A stretch of DNA of 32,000 bases from Candidatus Sulfotelmatobacter sp. (lineage in GTDB: Bacteria > Acidobacteriota > Terriglobia > Terriglobales > Acidobacteriaceae). The stretch lies in the NCBI GenBank assembly GCA_050015215.1, contig JBEKBW010000007.1, positions 1 to 32,000 of the forward strand, written 5' to 3'. The notes under the pieces were generated by a model, which saw only the letters and a list, made by a program, of their open reading frames with translations, did no database searches and was not told where the DNA came from. The position numbers and the translations under genes are program-made. Below, one piece after another: positions 14,921-24,186 of the stretch (the stretch's first letter is position 1; each line of letters starts with the position of its first letter).

Positions 14921-16390
14921 ATGCAGACAGTCAGGTGTATCTCGTCGTTACATAGTTCAACAACAACCACCCGCGCGTGGAAAAACCTTTGCGCCGCCTT
15001 TCTGCTATTTGCAGCCGCGACTGCTGCTCCCGCACAGACCAAGTTCACCAGCCTGTTCAGTTTCGACGGAACCAATGGTGCCAACCCCCATTACGTCTAC
15101 CTTGTGCAGGGCACCGACGGCAAGCTGTATGGGACTGCTTACACGAGCACCGGCAGCGGTGGCACAATCTTCAAAATCACCACTGCGGGTGCGCTGACCA
15201 CGATCTATACCTTTTGCCCCGAGGGTGAGGCCTGCGTGGACGGGGCTCAGCCTTACGCCGGACTGGTGCTGGCCACCAATGGCGATTTTTACGGAACCGC
15301 CGCGAACGGAGGCGCTAACAGCTTTGGCACGGTGTTTCAAGTTACCAGCGCGGGCAAGCTGACCGCGCTGCATAGTTTTGATTCCACGGACGGCGCCAGT
15401 CCTGAGGTCGCGCTGATTCAAGCCACGAACGGGGAATTGTACGGCACGACCTCCATCGGCGGAAGCACGGATGTGGGGACGATCTTTGACATCACCACGG
15501 CGGGCAAGTTCACCTCGTTGCTTAATTTCACTGGCACCAACGGCGACTATCCCGACGGCAAACTGGTGCAGGGCACGGACGGAAATTTCTACGGGACCAC
15601 CGAGGAAGTGAGTTCGGGCAGCGGGACCGTCTTCAAAATGACACCCGCAGGCAAGCTAACTACGCTGCACAAGTTCACCGGCTCGGGCTCGGACGGGGCC
15701 GGCCCCACCAGTGCGCTGTTTCAGGCCAGCAACGGGAATTTTTACGGCACCACTCAGGCTGGCGGAACCCACGGCGATGGCACGGTCTTTCAAATTACCT
15801 CGGCGGGCAAACTTACCACGCTCTACAGTTTCTGCGCCAAATCAGAATGCACGGATGGCGCGAACCCTTCCGCAGGCTTGATTCAAGCCACCGACGGAAA
15901 CCTCTACGGAACAACTTTTTCGGGTGGAAGTAACGAGACCGCTTGCAACGGCGGATGCGGCACGATCTTCAAAATCACCACCTCGGGCACGCTGACCACG
16001 CTTTATAACTTCTGCTCCGAGTCAGGATGCGTTGACGGCAGCCAGCCCCAGGAGGGGCTGGTTCAACACACAAATGGTACCCTTTACGGGACCACCTATT
16101 ATGGTGGTTCCGACGGCCTCGGCACGATATACAGCCTGTCCGTAGGGCTAGGGCCATTTGTGGAGACGGTACCTACGTCGGGCAAAGCCAGCGCAAAGGT
16201 CATTATTTTAGGGACGAGTCTGACCGGAGCCACCAGCGTCAGCTTCAACGGTACTGCGGCGACATTTAAGGTAGTTTCGAGCTCGGAAATCACGACCACA
16301 GTCCCCACCGGCGCGACAACCGGTACGGTCACGGTCAAGACACCTTCCGGTACCCTGTCCAGTAACGTAGCTTTCGTGGTGAGCGATTAA
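14921..16390 (+). CDS. secreted GloVer (Gloeo_Verruco) tandem-repeat protein with C-terminal IPT/TIG-like domain (489 aa)
   Basis: AGGAGG SD and a signal peptide (AAFLLFAAATAAPAQT). Seven ~50-60-aa repeats with a G.LYGTT..GG..G.GT.F.IT..GKLT.L..F core. The tail (AKVIILGTSLTGATSVSFNGTAATFKVVSSSEITTTVPTGATTGTVTVKTPSG) looks IPT/TIG-like. Confidence 0.85.
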   Translation: MQTVRCISSLHSSTTTTRAWKNLCAAFLLFAAATAAPAQTKFTSLFSFDGTNGANPHYVYLVQGTDGKLYGTAYTSTGSGGTIFKITTAGALTTIYTFCPEGEACVDGAQPYAGLVLATNGDFYGTAANGGANSFGTVFQVTSAGKLTALHSFDSTDGASPEVALIQATNGELYGTTSIGGSTDVGTIFDITTAGKFTSLLNFTGTNGDYPDGKLVQGTDGNFYGTTEEVSSGSGTVFKMTPAGKLTTLHKFTGSGSDGAGPTSALFQASNGNFYGTTQAGGTHGDGTVFQITSAGKLTTLYSFCAKSECTDGANPSAGLIQATDGNLYGTTFSGGSNETACNGGCGTIFKITTSGTLTTLYNFCSESGCVDGSQPQEGLVQHTNGTLYGTTYYGGSDGLGTIYSLSVGLGPFVETVPTSGKASAKVIILGTSLTGATSVSFNGTAATFKVVSSSEITTTVPTGATTGTVTVKTPSGTLSSNVAFVVSD

Positions 16391-16532
16391 CAGTCGACTA
16401 TCGCCGAAGACGTCTGGGCTATGAAAGGGCTGAGATCCACGCCAAATCGGCATAACAGTCCCGTCAGCGGAGCAGAAGAAGGATTCCGCGACAAAATAAA
16501 TTCTTGTGCCGTCGGCCTGAAACTGTGGCAGA

Positions 16533-17387
16533 ATGGCTGCCGTGGGATTGGTCGCTTTGGGGGTATGTATGTCCTGCCGGATCGCCTGCCTCGTCGCTCT
16601 TCTGACTTCTGTTCTCCTGATTCTCTCTTCCGCCGCATCAGCACAAGTTGCGCACTCCGAGCAGGTGCAAGTCGCACCACCGCTGATCCGCGCCATCGAT
16701 CCGCCCGCGCCCGACGCAACCGCCGCGGCGCTCGAGGATCAGGCCGACCGCCTGCGCGGTGACAAGCTCTACATGGATGCGCTTGACTATTACCGCGCCG
16801 CGCTCAACAAGAAGGAGCACGCGGCCAGGCTACTAAACAAAATTGGCATTACCGAACTGATGATGCAGCGTTATAAGGAAGCCCGAAAATCGTTTGAGCG
16901 CGCGATCGTCACCGATCACAAATACGCCGACGCCTATAACAATCTGGGGGTGATTTTCTACGAATCTAAAAAGTACGGTGCGGCTGTCAAGCAGTACGAA
17001 AAAGCGATCGCAGTCGATGCCGACTCGGCATCGTTTTACAGCAACCTGGGAGCTGCTTATTTTTCCAAGCGCGATTTCGAACGCGCCGTAGCCGCTTATC
17101 AGCATGCCTTGGAACTCGATCCCGGCGTCTTCGAACGCACGTCGCGCGCCGGAGTGCAGGCGCAACTGCCAAGTCCGGAAGATCGTGCTCGCTACGATTA
17201 CACCGTCGCCAAACTATATGCCAAGATGGGGTTCTCCGATCAATCTCTCGAATACCTGCGCAAGGCGATGGAAGATGGCTACAAAGATCTGAAAAACGTG
17301 TACAAGGATGAGGAGTTCGCCGAGTTGCGGAAGAGTCCTCGCTTCGCGGAATTGATGGCATCCAACACTCCTACAATCGCAAATTAG
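16533..17387 (+). CDS. secreted tetratricopeptide (TPR) repeat protein (284 aa)
   Basis: Signal-like N-terminus. Consecutive TPR signatures include AYNNLGVIFYESKKYGAAVKQYEKAIAVDAD and FYSNLGAAYFSKRDFERAVAAYQHALELDP. The start could instead be the ATG at 16569. Confidence 0.85.
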   Translation: MAAVGLVALGVCMSCRIACLVALLTSVLLILSSAASAQVAHSEQVQVAPPLIRAIDPPAPDATAAALEDQADRLRGDKLYMDALDYYRAALNKKEHAARLLNKIGITELMMQRYKEARKSFERAIVTDHKYADAYNNLGVIFYESKKYGAAVKQYEKAIAVDADSASFYSNLGAAYFSKRDFERAVAAYQHALELDPGVFERTSRAGVQAQLPSPEDRARYDYTVAKLYAKMGFSDQSLEYLRKAMEDGYKDLKNVYKDEEFAELRKSPRFAELMASNTPTIAN

Positions 17388-17571
17388 CTGGCGCGACATT
17401 CGAAAGACTTCGTGGGCACGTCTACTGTGTTCACCCGTTAAATAAACTCTACATTTTGATTGCAAGGAAATTACAAAGCTTTACAAAATTAGACGGAACT
17501 TCCCTCCATTCTGCGGTTTAATCTTTCTAAATACTCCTGAAAACAACAGGGTGAGTAAGGAGAAACGGTAG

Positions 17572-17623
17572 CCCATCGGATGCTGACCCGAGCACGCCCC
17601 AAGCAAGCATCCGGTGGGTTTTT
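17572..17623 (+). terminator. strong intrinsic-terminator hairpin 60 nt upstream of the pstS-like gene
   Basis: CCCATCGGATGCT (17572-17584) pairs with AGCATCCGGTGGG (17606-17618). That is 13 bp including one G-U, with a 21-nt loop, followed by TTTTT (17619-17623). Confidence 0.65.
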
Positions 17624-17681
17624 CCTTTGTCTCTGATTTTCCTCATCCACCCTATCCTCGCGTCGCAACCCGGCCGTAAAG

Positions 17682-18782
17682 ATGATCGCGCTCCAAGCCG
17701 ATCAAATGATAGTGAAGCTTGTCCGGTTCGACTTCCCGATCCCTAAAAGGTCAATTATCAGGCGGCGATTTCTGATCCTCGCCTCGTCCCTGTTGTCCTG
17801 CGTTTCGCTTTTGCAACCACAGCCGGTGTGGACCCAGCAGAGAGTAGTTCTCGCTGGCTCCGGTTCGACGTTGGAAGGGTCCCTTTTCGTGGCCTGGAGC
17901 CAGGAATTCAACCGCCGGGACCCCACCATCCAGGTCGGCTACATCTCCACCAGTTCCGGTGAGGGGATTCACAGAATAGGCCTGTTGCTCGGCGATTTCG
18001 CGACCGGTGAGATTCGGCTCAGCGAACAAGAAAAGACCCAGGCCCATACCCGACTCGTGCAGATCCCCATCGCTCTGATGAGCGTGGTGCCGATCTACAA
18101 CCTCCCCGGTGTAAAGCAACTGCGTTTCACGGGCCAAATCCTGGGACAAATCTACATGGGAGCCATCTCAAAGTGGGACGACACCCGCATCGCCAGAGTG
18201 AATCCAGGCGTTGCACTTCCAGACCTCCCTATTGTCCTAGTCGGACGCCAGAGCGGGGCCGGCACGAGGTACATTTTCGAAGAATTTCTCTCCAGATCCG
18301 GCTCCGAATTCCGCTCCTGGAACAGCAATGCGCATAATGAACCGCTGAACCTTACGGCAGTGGAAAGCGGCAAGGCCGTGTGCGAAAAGGTCAGGTTTAC
18401 GCCGGGTGCTATCGGCTACGTCGAACTTGGTATTGCTCATCTTCGTGGCTCGTCCTACGGCATAGTGAGGAACTCCGCGGGAAATTTTGTGCAAGCGGGC
18501 CGTGCAAGCATTTACGCGGCAAGCGCGGCCCGAGTCCGCATGCTTTCCAACCTCGATGTCTCCCTAGTTGACGCACCCGGGGCGGACTCGTATCCCATCG
18601 TAGGGTTCGTCTGGGTTTACTTGCCGGTGCGCGGAGTGGGCCACGAGCGATCCCAGGCGTTGCGGAACTTCTTCGACTGGGTCTTGAGCGACGGTCAAGC
18701 TTTGATTGGACAGACCCTCCTACCTTTGCCCACAGACATGGCCGTGCGCGCGCGCGAAGAGGTAGATGCAACGCTGCGCTGA
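17682..18782 (+). CDS. pstS: PstS-family phosphate-binding periplasmic protein (orphan, no pstCAB adjacent)
   Basis: Signal with RRRFLILASSLL. Motifs LAGSGSTLEGSLF, STSSGEGI, GRQSGAGTRYIFEEFL, PGAIGYVELG and DSYPIVGFVWVYLP match the PstS/PBP-like_2 fold pattern. The start may be 17706. Confidence 0.8.
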   Translation: MIALQADQMIVKLVRFDFPIPKRSIIRRRFLILASSLLSCVSLLQPQPVWTQQRVVLAGSGSTLEGSLFVAWSQEFNRRDPTIQVGYISTSSGEGIHRIGLLLGDFATGEIRLSEQEKTQAHTRLVQIPIALMSVVPIYNLPGVKQLRFTGQILGQIYMGAISKWDDTRIARVNPGVALPDLPIVLVGRQSGAGTRYIFEEFLSRSGSEFRSWNSNAHNEPLNLTAVESGKAVCEKVRFTPGAIGYVELGIAHLRGSSYGIVRNSAGNFVQAGRASIYAASAARVRMLSNLDVSLVDAPGADSYPIVGFVWVYLPVRGVGHERSQALRNFFDWVLSDGQALIGQTLLPLPTDMAVRAREEVDATLR

Positions 18783-18867
18783 TGATGCTGCATCGGCGAC
18801 CTTGATCGCTCAAAATCCCATACGGCGAACGATTGGCGAAAATTGCTTTTGGGAATAAAATATAAGA

Positions 18868-21800
18868 ATGCTTCCCGCCTCCCTCACCTGGGCCCACCCG
18901 CTGGTAGCCGAGTGGTTCGTGAAGCGCTTCGCCACGCCCACCGAACCGCAGGAGCAAGGCTGGCCCCATATTCTCGCTGGCCGAACCACGCTGATCTCGG
19001 CGCCAACCGGTTCCGGCAAAACACTCGCCGCATTCCTGGCCTGCATCGATAAGCTCGTCAGAAAGGCGCTAGCCGGCGATCTCTCCGACCGCACCGAAGT
19101 TCTCTATGTCTCGCCGCTGAAAGCTCTCGGCAACGATATCCAGAAAAACCTTGAAGTTCCTCTCGGAGAAATCTTGGCCATGGCGGGCGAGCGTGGGCTG
19201 CTCATGCCAGAAATTCGAACCGCGGTCCGCACAGGCGACACGCTAATGCCCGAGCGCCGCGCCATGCTCAAGCGTCCGCCGCACATCCTCGTCACCACGC
19301 CGGAATCGCTCTACATTCTGCTTACCGCCGATAAAAGCCGTGCCATTCTGCGTGATATTGAGACTGTCATCGTCGACGAAATCCACGCGGTGGCTGATGA
19401 CAAACGTGGCGCACACCTGACGTTGTCGCTCGAACGGCTGGAAGCGCTTACCCACAAGCGCCCAGTGCGCATCGGTCTCTCGGCTACGCAGAAGCCGATC
19501 GAAGAAGTGGCGCATTTCCTCACCGGTACCGGTCGCCCTGACTCCGTCATCGTCAACATCGGCCATAAGCGCAAGCTCGACATGGCCGTAGAAGTTCCCT
19601 CCATGCCTCTGGGCCCGGTGGCTTCCAACGAAATGTGGGACGAAGTTTACCAGCGGCTAGTCGCGCTGGTTGAGCAGCACCGCTCCACTCTGGTGTTTGT
19701 TAACACGCGCCGTATGGCCGAGCGTGTAGCGCATCACCTGGGCGAACTCATAGGCGAAGAGAATGTCGCGGCCCATCACGGCAGTCTCTCGCGCAAACTT
19801 CGACTGGCGGCGGAAAAGAAATTGAAAGAAGGCCAGATTCGCGTGCTGGTGGCGACCGCCTCGCTCGAGCTCGGAATCGATGTAGGCACAATAGATCTCG
19901 TTGTGCAGATCAACTCGCCCCGATCGATTGCCGTAACCCTGCAGCGAGTGGGCCGCTCCGGCCACTGGCGCGGCGCAGTGCCAAAAGGACGCCTGTTCGC
20001 AACCACGCGCGACGATCTGCTCGAGTGTGCCTCTCTCGTACGGGCTATCCGCCAAGGCGATTTAGATCGCCTGGTGATTCCGGAGTCGCCGCTCGACATA
20101 TTGGCGCAGCAAATCGTCGCCGCCTGCGCCGCGGAAGAGTGGAGCGAGGACGAGATGTTCGCGCTCGCCAAGCGCGCATATCCGTATCGAAACTTAACCC
20201 GCAGCGCTTTCGATGGAATTCTGGAGATGCTGTCCGAAGGCATCGCCGCCCGCCGCGGACGTTACGGTGCTTATCTGCATCGCGATCGCGTAAACGGCAA
20301 ACTCCGCGCCCGGCGCGGCGCGCGTCTGGCGGCCATCACCAGCGGCGGCGCAATTCCCGACAATTCTCTCTACGCTGTGGTAGCTGAACCCGATGGCCTC
20401 GTCGTAGGCACCGTCGATGAAGACTTTGCCGTCGAAAGCAATCGCGGCGACATCATGCTGCTCGGCAACACTTCCTGGATGATTCGCCGCGTTGAGACCA
20501 ACTCCGGCCGCGTGCTGGTGCAGGACGCTCACGGCGCACCACCGAATGTTCCCTTCTGGCGCGGCGAAGCTCCCGCGCGGACCGAAGAACTTTCACATCA
20601 CACCGGAATATTGCGCGAAAAAATCAGCGAGCTGCTCCCACGTATTTCGCCAGTTGGTTTTTCTGCAACCCAGCCCGAAGTGGCGGCGACCGTTGCATGG
20701 CTAAAAGAAGAATGTGGTCTCGACGATCCCGGAGCCGAACAGGCCATCGAATACATCCTGCAAGGCCGCGCCGTTCTTGGCGCAGTGCCAACGCAAAACA
20801 CCGTAATCGCCGAGCGCTTCTTCGACGAAGGCGGGGGCATGCAACTCATCATCCATGCTCCATTCGGCGGACGCATTAACAAAGCTTGGGGACTCGCCCT
20901 GCGCAAGCGTTTCTGCGTAGGTTTCAATTTCGAATTACAAGCAGCGGCAACCGACAACGGCCTGAACATCGCATTGGCCGAGCAACATAGTTTCCCGCTG
21001 AAAGATGTATTCAACTTCCTGCAAGCCGCAACGGTCCAGCCAATCCTCGAGCAAGCCGTCCTCGATTCTCCCATCTTCGGGACGCGCTGGCGTTGGGATG
21101 CCAATCGCGCTCTCGCATTGCTGCGTTTTCAAAACGGCAAAAAAGTTCCGCCGCAAATTCAACGCATGCGCTCCGACGATCTACTCGCCTCCGTCTTTCC
21201 CGACGCCGCCGCTTGCTTCGAGAACATCGAGGGCGATCGCAAAATCCCCGACCATCCTCTGGTAGGCGAAGTAATGAAAGATGTTCTGACCGAAGCGATG
21301 GATATTGAAGGATTAAAATCGATGCTCAGCGGTCTGGCCAGTGGCCGCATTCGCTGCATCGCAGTTGATACACCGGTTCCCTCGCAGTTCTCCCATGAAA
21401 TTCTGAATGCCAATCCTTACGCCTATCTAGATGACGCGCCCCTAGAAGAACGCCGCGCCCGCGCCGTACAAATGCGGCGCATGCTGCCTGAGTCGGTACT
21501 GGAAGAAGTAGGCGGCCTCGATCAGAGCGCGATTGCAAAGGTACGGGAAGAAGCCTGGCCGGATGTCCGCGACGCCGATGAACTGCACGACGTACTGCAC
21601 ACCCTCGTCGCCTTGCCGGCAGTTTCCAACACAGCTGCCACAAACGCCTGGGAGCGGCACTTCGAACGACTGGCCACCGAGGGCCGCGCCGCAACGGCAG
21701 TTTCGAGCGGCAGGCTCTATTGGGTGGCAGCCGAGCGCGCAAAGACTTTTTCAGTCTTATTCCCTAATGCAATCTTCGAGCCGGCGCTAACCGAAGTCGA

Positions 21801-23184
21801 ACCCACAACCCCCACCCGCGACGACGCCCTGTTGACTCTCGTTACGGGTTGGATCTCTCACTTGGGACCGACCACTGCAACGGAACTGGCAAACATCCTA
21901 AGTCTTCCCGCGTCAGATATTTCCAATGCGCTCCTGCGCATGGAGGCCAGCGGAACCATCCTTCGCGGAAATTTCACAGGTCGAGCAAATCAAGCTGCAG
22001 CCACCGAAAAACCCGAACCGGAAATCGAGTGGTGCGAGCGCCGTCTTCTGGCTAGAATTCATCGCCTCACGGTAGCAACCCTTCGCAAGCAGATCGAGCC
22101 CGTAACCGCCGCACAGTTTATGCAGTGGCTGCTGCAGTGGCAGCACGTTGGGCCGGGCACGCAGGTCAACGGCGAGCGCGGCACGCTCGAAGTGCTGCGT
22201 CAACTACAAGGATTTGAAATTCCAGCCAACGCCTGGGAGCGGCAAGTCCTGTCGCGCCGCGTCGCCGATTACGATCCAAAATGGCTGGACCAACTTTGTC
22301 TCACAGGGGCAGTGGGATGGGGAAGATTGTCCCCTCACCCCGCGACCCTGGATTCTGCGCCAGGCAGCGGAAGCTCCAGCCCACGCCAGCGGCGCGTGAT
22401 TCCCACCAGTGTAGCTCCCATCACCTTTTTCGTTCGCGAAGATGCCGATTGGATGACGCCGCGTCACCCCGGCGCAGAATTATCCGGGAATAATGGCCTC
22501 AGCATCGGAGCGCAGCTTGTTCTCGATTTCCTCCGCCAGCGCGGAGCATCGTTTTTCGCCGATATTGTTCGCGGCACCAATAAATTGAAGGCAGAAATCG
22601 AAACCGCGCTCTGGGAACTAGTAGCAGCCGGCCTGGTGACTGCCGATGGCTTTGACAACCTGCGCTCGCTCATCGATCCCAAACGCCGCGCCGGGCAGGG
22701 CAGCGGACGCGCCATGCGCCCGCGCCACAATGCCGGAAGATGGGCGCTTCTGCATACCGAGGAAGCAGTCGAGCGCCCACGCGCAGTGGAGGCCGCTTGC
22801 TGGATGTTGCTCCGCCGCTACGGCATCGTCATCCGCGACGTGCTGGCCCGCGAGGCCAACCTGACGCCGTGGCGCGAATTACTAATGGCGTTCCGCAGGC
22901 TGGAAGATCGCGGCGAAATCCGCGGCGGGCGTTTTGTCGACGGCTTTCTGGGCGAGCAGTTCGCCCTGCCCGTCGCAGTCGAATCCGTGCGCGCTATGCG
23001 AAAGCTCGACGCCTCGCAAGCGACAATCACGCTCTCGGCCGCCGACCCTCTCAACCTGGTCGGGATTCTTGTTCCGGGCGACCGCGTACCCGCCATCTCC
23101 GGCAACAGCGTCACGTATCGCGATGGCGCGGCGGTCCCGGTGCCGGTAATGCCATCCGCGATCCCGGACGCCGTAGCTGGGTGA
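18868..23184 (+). CDS. lhr: Lhr-family ATP-dependent DEAD/DEAH-box helicase, long form (1438 aa)
   Basis: The N-terminus is typical of Lhr (HPLVAEWFVKRFATPTEPQEQGWPHILAGRTTLISAPTGSGKTLAAFL). Motif II is VDEIH and motif III is SATQ, followed by helicase C, a DEAD-associated region and a long C-terminal extension. Confidence 0.93.
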   Translation: MLPASLTWAHPLVAEWFVKRFATPTEPQEQGWPHILAGRTTLISAPTGSGKTLAAFLACIDKLVRKALAGDLSDRTEVLYVSPLKALGNDIQKNLEVPLGEILAMAGERGLLMPEIRTAVRTGDTLMPERRAMLKRPPHILVTTPESLYILLTADKSRAILRDIETVIVDEIHAVADDKRGAHLTLSLERLEALTHKRPVRIGLSATQKPIEEVAHFLTGTGRPDSVIVNIGHKRKLDMAVEVPSMPLGPVASNEMWDEVYQRLVALVEQHRSTLVFVNTRRMAERVAHHLGELIGEENVAAHHGSLSRKLRLAAEKKLKEGQIRVLVATASLELGIDVGTIDLVVQINSPRSIAVTLQRVGRSGHWRGAVPKGRLFATTRDDLLECASLVRAIRQGDLDRLVIPESPLDILAQQIVAACAAEEWSEDEMFALAKRAYPYRNLTRSAFDGILEMLSEGIAARRGRYGAYLHRDRVNGKLRARRGARLAAITSGGAIPDNSLYAVVAEPDGLVVGTVDEDFAVESNRGDIMLLGNTSWMIRRVETNSGRVLVQDAHGAPPNVPFWRGEAPARTEELSHHTGILREKISELLPRISPVGFSATQPEVAATVAWLKEECGLDDPGAEQAIEYILQGRAVLGAVPTQNTVIAERFFDEGGGMQLIIHAPFGGRINKAWGLALRKRFCVGFNFELQAAATDNGLNIALAEQHSFPLKDVFNFLQAATVQPILEQAVLDSPIFGTRWRWDANRALALLRFQNGKKVPPQIQRMRSDDLLASVFPDAAACFENIEGDRKIPDHPLVGEVMKDVLTEAMDIEGLKSMLSGLASGRIRCIAVDTPVPSQFSHEILNANPYAYLDDAPLEERRARAVQMRRMLPESVLEEVGGLDQSAIAKVREEAWPDVRDADELHDVLHTLVALPAVSNTAATNAWERHFERLATEGRAATAVSSGRLYWVAAERAKTFSVLFPNAIFEPALTEVEPTTPTRDDALLTLVTGWISHLGPTTATELANILSLPASDISNALLRMEASGTILRGNFTGRANQAAATEKPEPEIEWCERRLLARIHRLTVATLRKQIEPVTAAQFMQWLLQWQHVGPGTQVNGERGTLEVLRQLQGFEIPANAWERQVLSRRVADYDPKWLDQLCLTGAVGWGRLSPHPATLDSAPGSGSSSPRQRRVIPTSVAPITFFVREDADWMTPRHPGAELSGNNGLSIGAQLVLDFLRQRGASFFADIVRGTNKLKAEIETALWELVAAGLVTADGFDNLRSLIDPKRRAGQGSGRAMRPRHNAGRWALLHTEEAVERPRAVEAACWMLLRRYGIVIRDVLAREANLTPWRELLMAFRRLEDRGEIRGGRFVDGFLGEQFALPVAVESVRAMRKLDASQATITLSAADPLNLVGILVPGDRVPAISGNSVTYRDGAAVPVPVMPSAIPDAVAG

Positions 23185-23257
23185 CGCGACCGGCCCATCG
23201 TTCTCTCCGAACCTTGTCTTCCTTACCCCGCCTCCGTTTACGTTATGATGTCCGGCA

Positions 23258-24163
23258 ATGAGCGGTCTTGAAAAAAAGATATTTCGCTTTGGCGTATTCG
23301 AGGCTGACGTTAGCACGGGGGAACTACGCAAAGCGGGGATCCGCATGCGGTTGCAGGAGCAGCCGTTTCAGGTTCTAGTACTCTTTCTCGAACGTCCCGG
23401 TGAAGTGATCTCGCGGGACGAAATCCAGAAAAAACTTTGGCCCTCTGGCACATTTGTAGATTTCGACCACAGCCTGAACACAATCATCAATAAAATTCGC
23501 GAAGCCCTGAACGATTCCGCCTCAAATCCCCGCTTCGTGGAAACGCTAGCAAAGCGCGGCTACCGCTTCCTGGCTCCGGTCACATCCACTTCTGTCCTTC
23601 CGCCGGCTGAGCGCACCGATCGAGCGAACAATCAAATCGAAGACGATCGCACAAAAAATCTTCAATCCGAAAACAGCAGCGTGGAGCGTCACACGTCTTC
23701 CTCAATTTTCCAACTGACGCGCATGGACGAGTTGCCAGTTGTATCGCCCATCTACGTCCGCACTTTGTTCCTCCTCATCCAGGCAATGTACTTGATTTTC
23801 TACACCATCACTTTGGCGCGCCTACCCGCCGCCTCAGACGTAATCGAGCGTGTGTTCGGGGTCAATCCATCCCTAACCGTTATAGCGATCGTCTCCGCGA
23901 GCATGGGCATCCCGCTCCGCCTCTACATGATTTCCGCGGCATCCTTCGATATAAAAGATCTACCCCGCAAGTTCCTCAAAATTTTCCCCGGCGTGCTGAT
24001 TCTCGACGAACTCTGGGCAATCTCGCCATTCCTGCTGGCTCATCAGATCGGAGTCGGATTGGCCCTCGGCATGACGGCCGCCCTCGCGTATATTCCCTTC
24101 GCCCAGCGCACACTTGTGCTGATGCGGGAGCGAGCCGGCAAAGATGCGGCGAAACAGAAGTAG
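23258..24163 (+). CDS. membrane-tethered winged-helix (OmpR/PhoB-type, CadC/ToxR-like) transcriptional regulator (301 aa)
   Basis: N-terminal trans_reg_C pattern FRFGVFEADVSTGELRKAGIRMRLQEQPFQVLVLFLERPGEVISRDEIQKKLWP...LNTIINKIREAL...FVETLAKRGYRF. The C-terminal ~140 aa contains about 4 hydrophobic helices. Confidence 0.85.
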   Translation: MSGLEKKIFRFGVFEADVSTGELRKAGIRMRLQEQPFQVLVLFLERPGEVISRDEIQKKLWPSGTFVDFDHSLNTIINKIREALNDSASNPRFVETLAKRGYRFLAPVTSTSVLPPAERTDRANNQIEDDRTKNLQSENSSVERHTSSSIFQLTRMDELPVVSPIYVRTLFLLIQAMYLIFYTITLARLPAASDVIERVFGVNPSLTVIAIVSASMGIPLRLYMISAASFDIKDLPRKFLKIFPGVLILDELWAISPFLLAHQIGVGLALGMTAALAYIPFAQRTLVLMRERAGKDAAKQK

Positions 24164-24186
24164 TTCTCGCCAGCAAACCTGCCCCT

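Noticed and set aside
15041-16147. Regular ~150-180-nt DNA periodicity that could be mistaken for a repeat array or CRISPR
   Set aside because: The periodicity is in-frame and corresponds to the GloVer protein repeats. There are no identical direct repeats with unique spacers.
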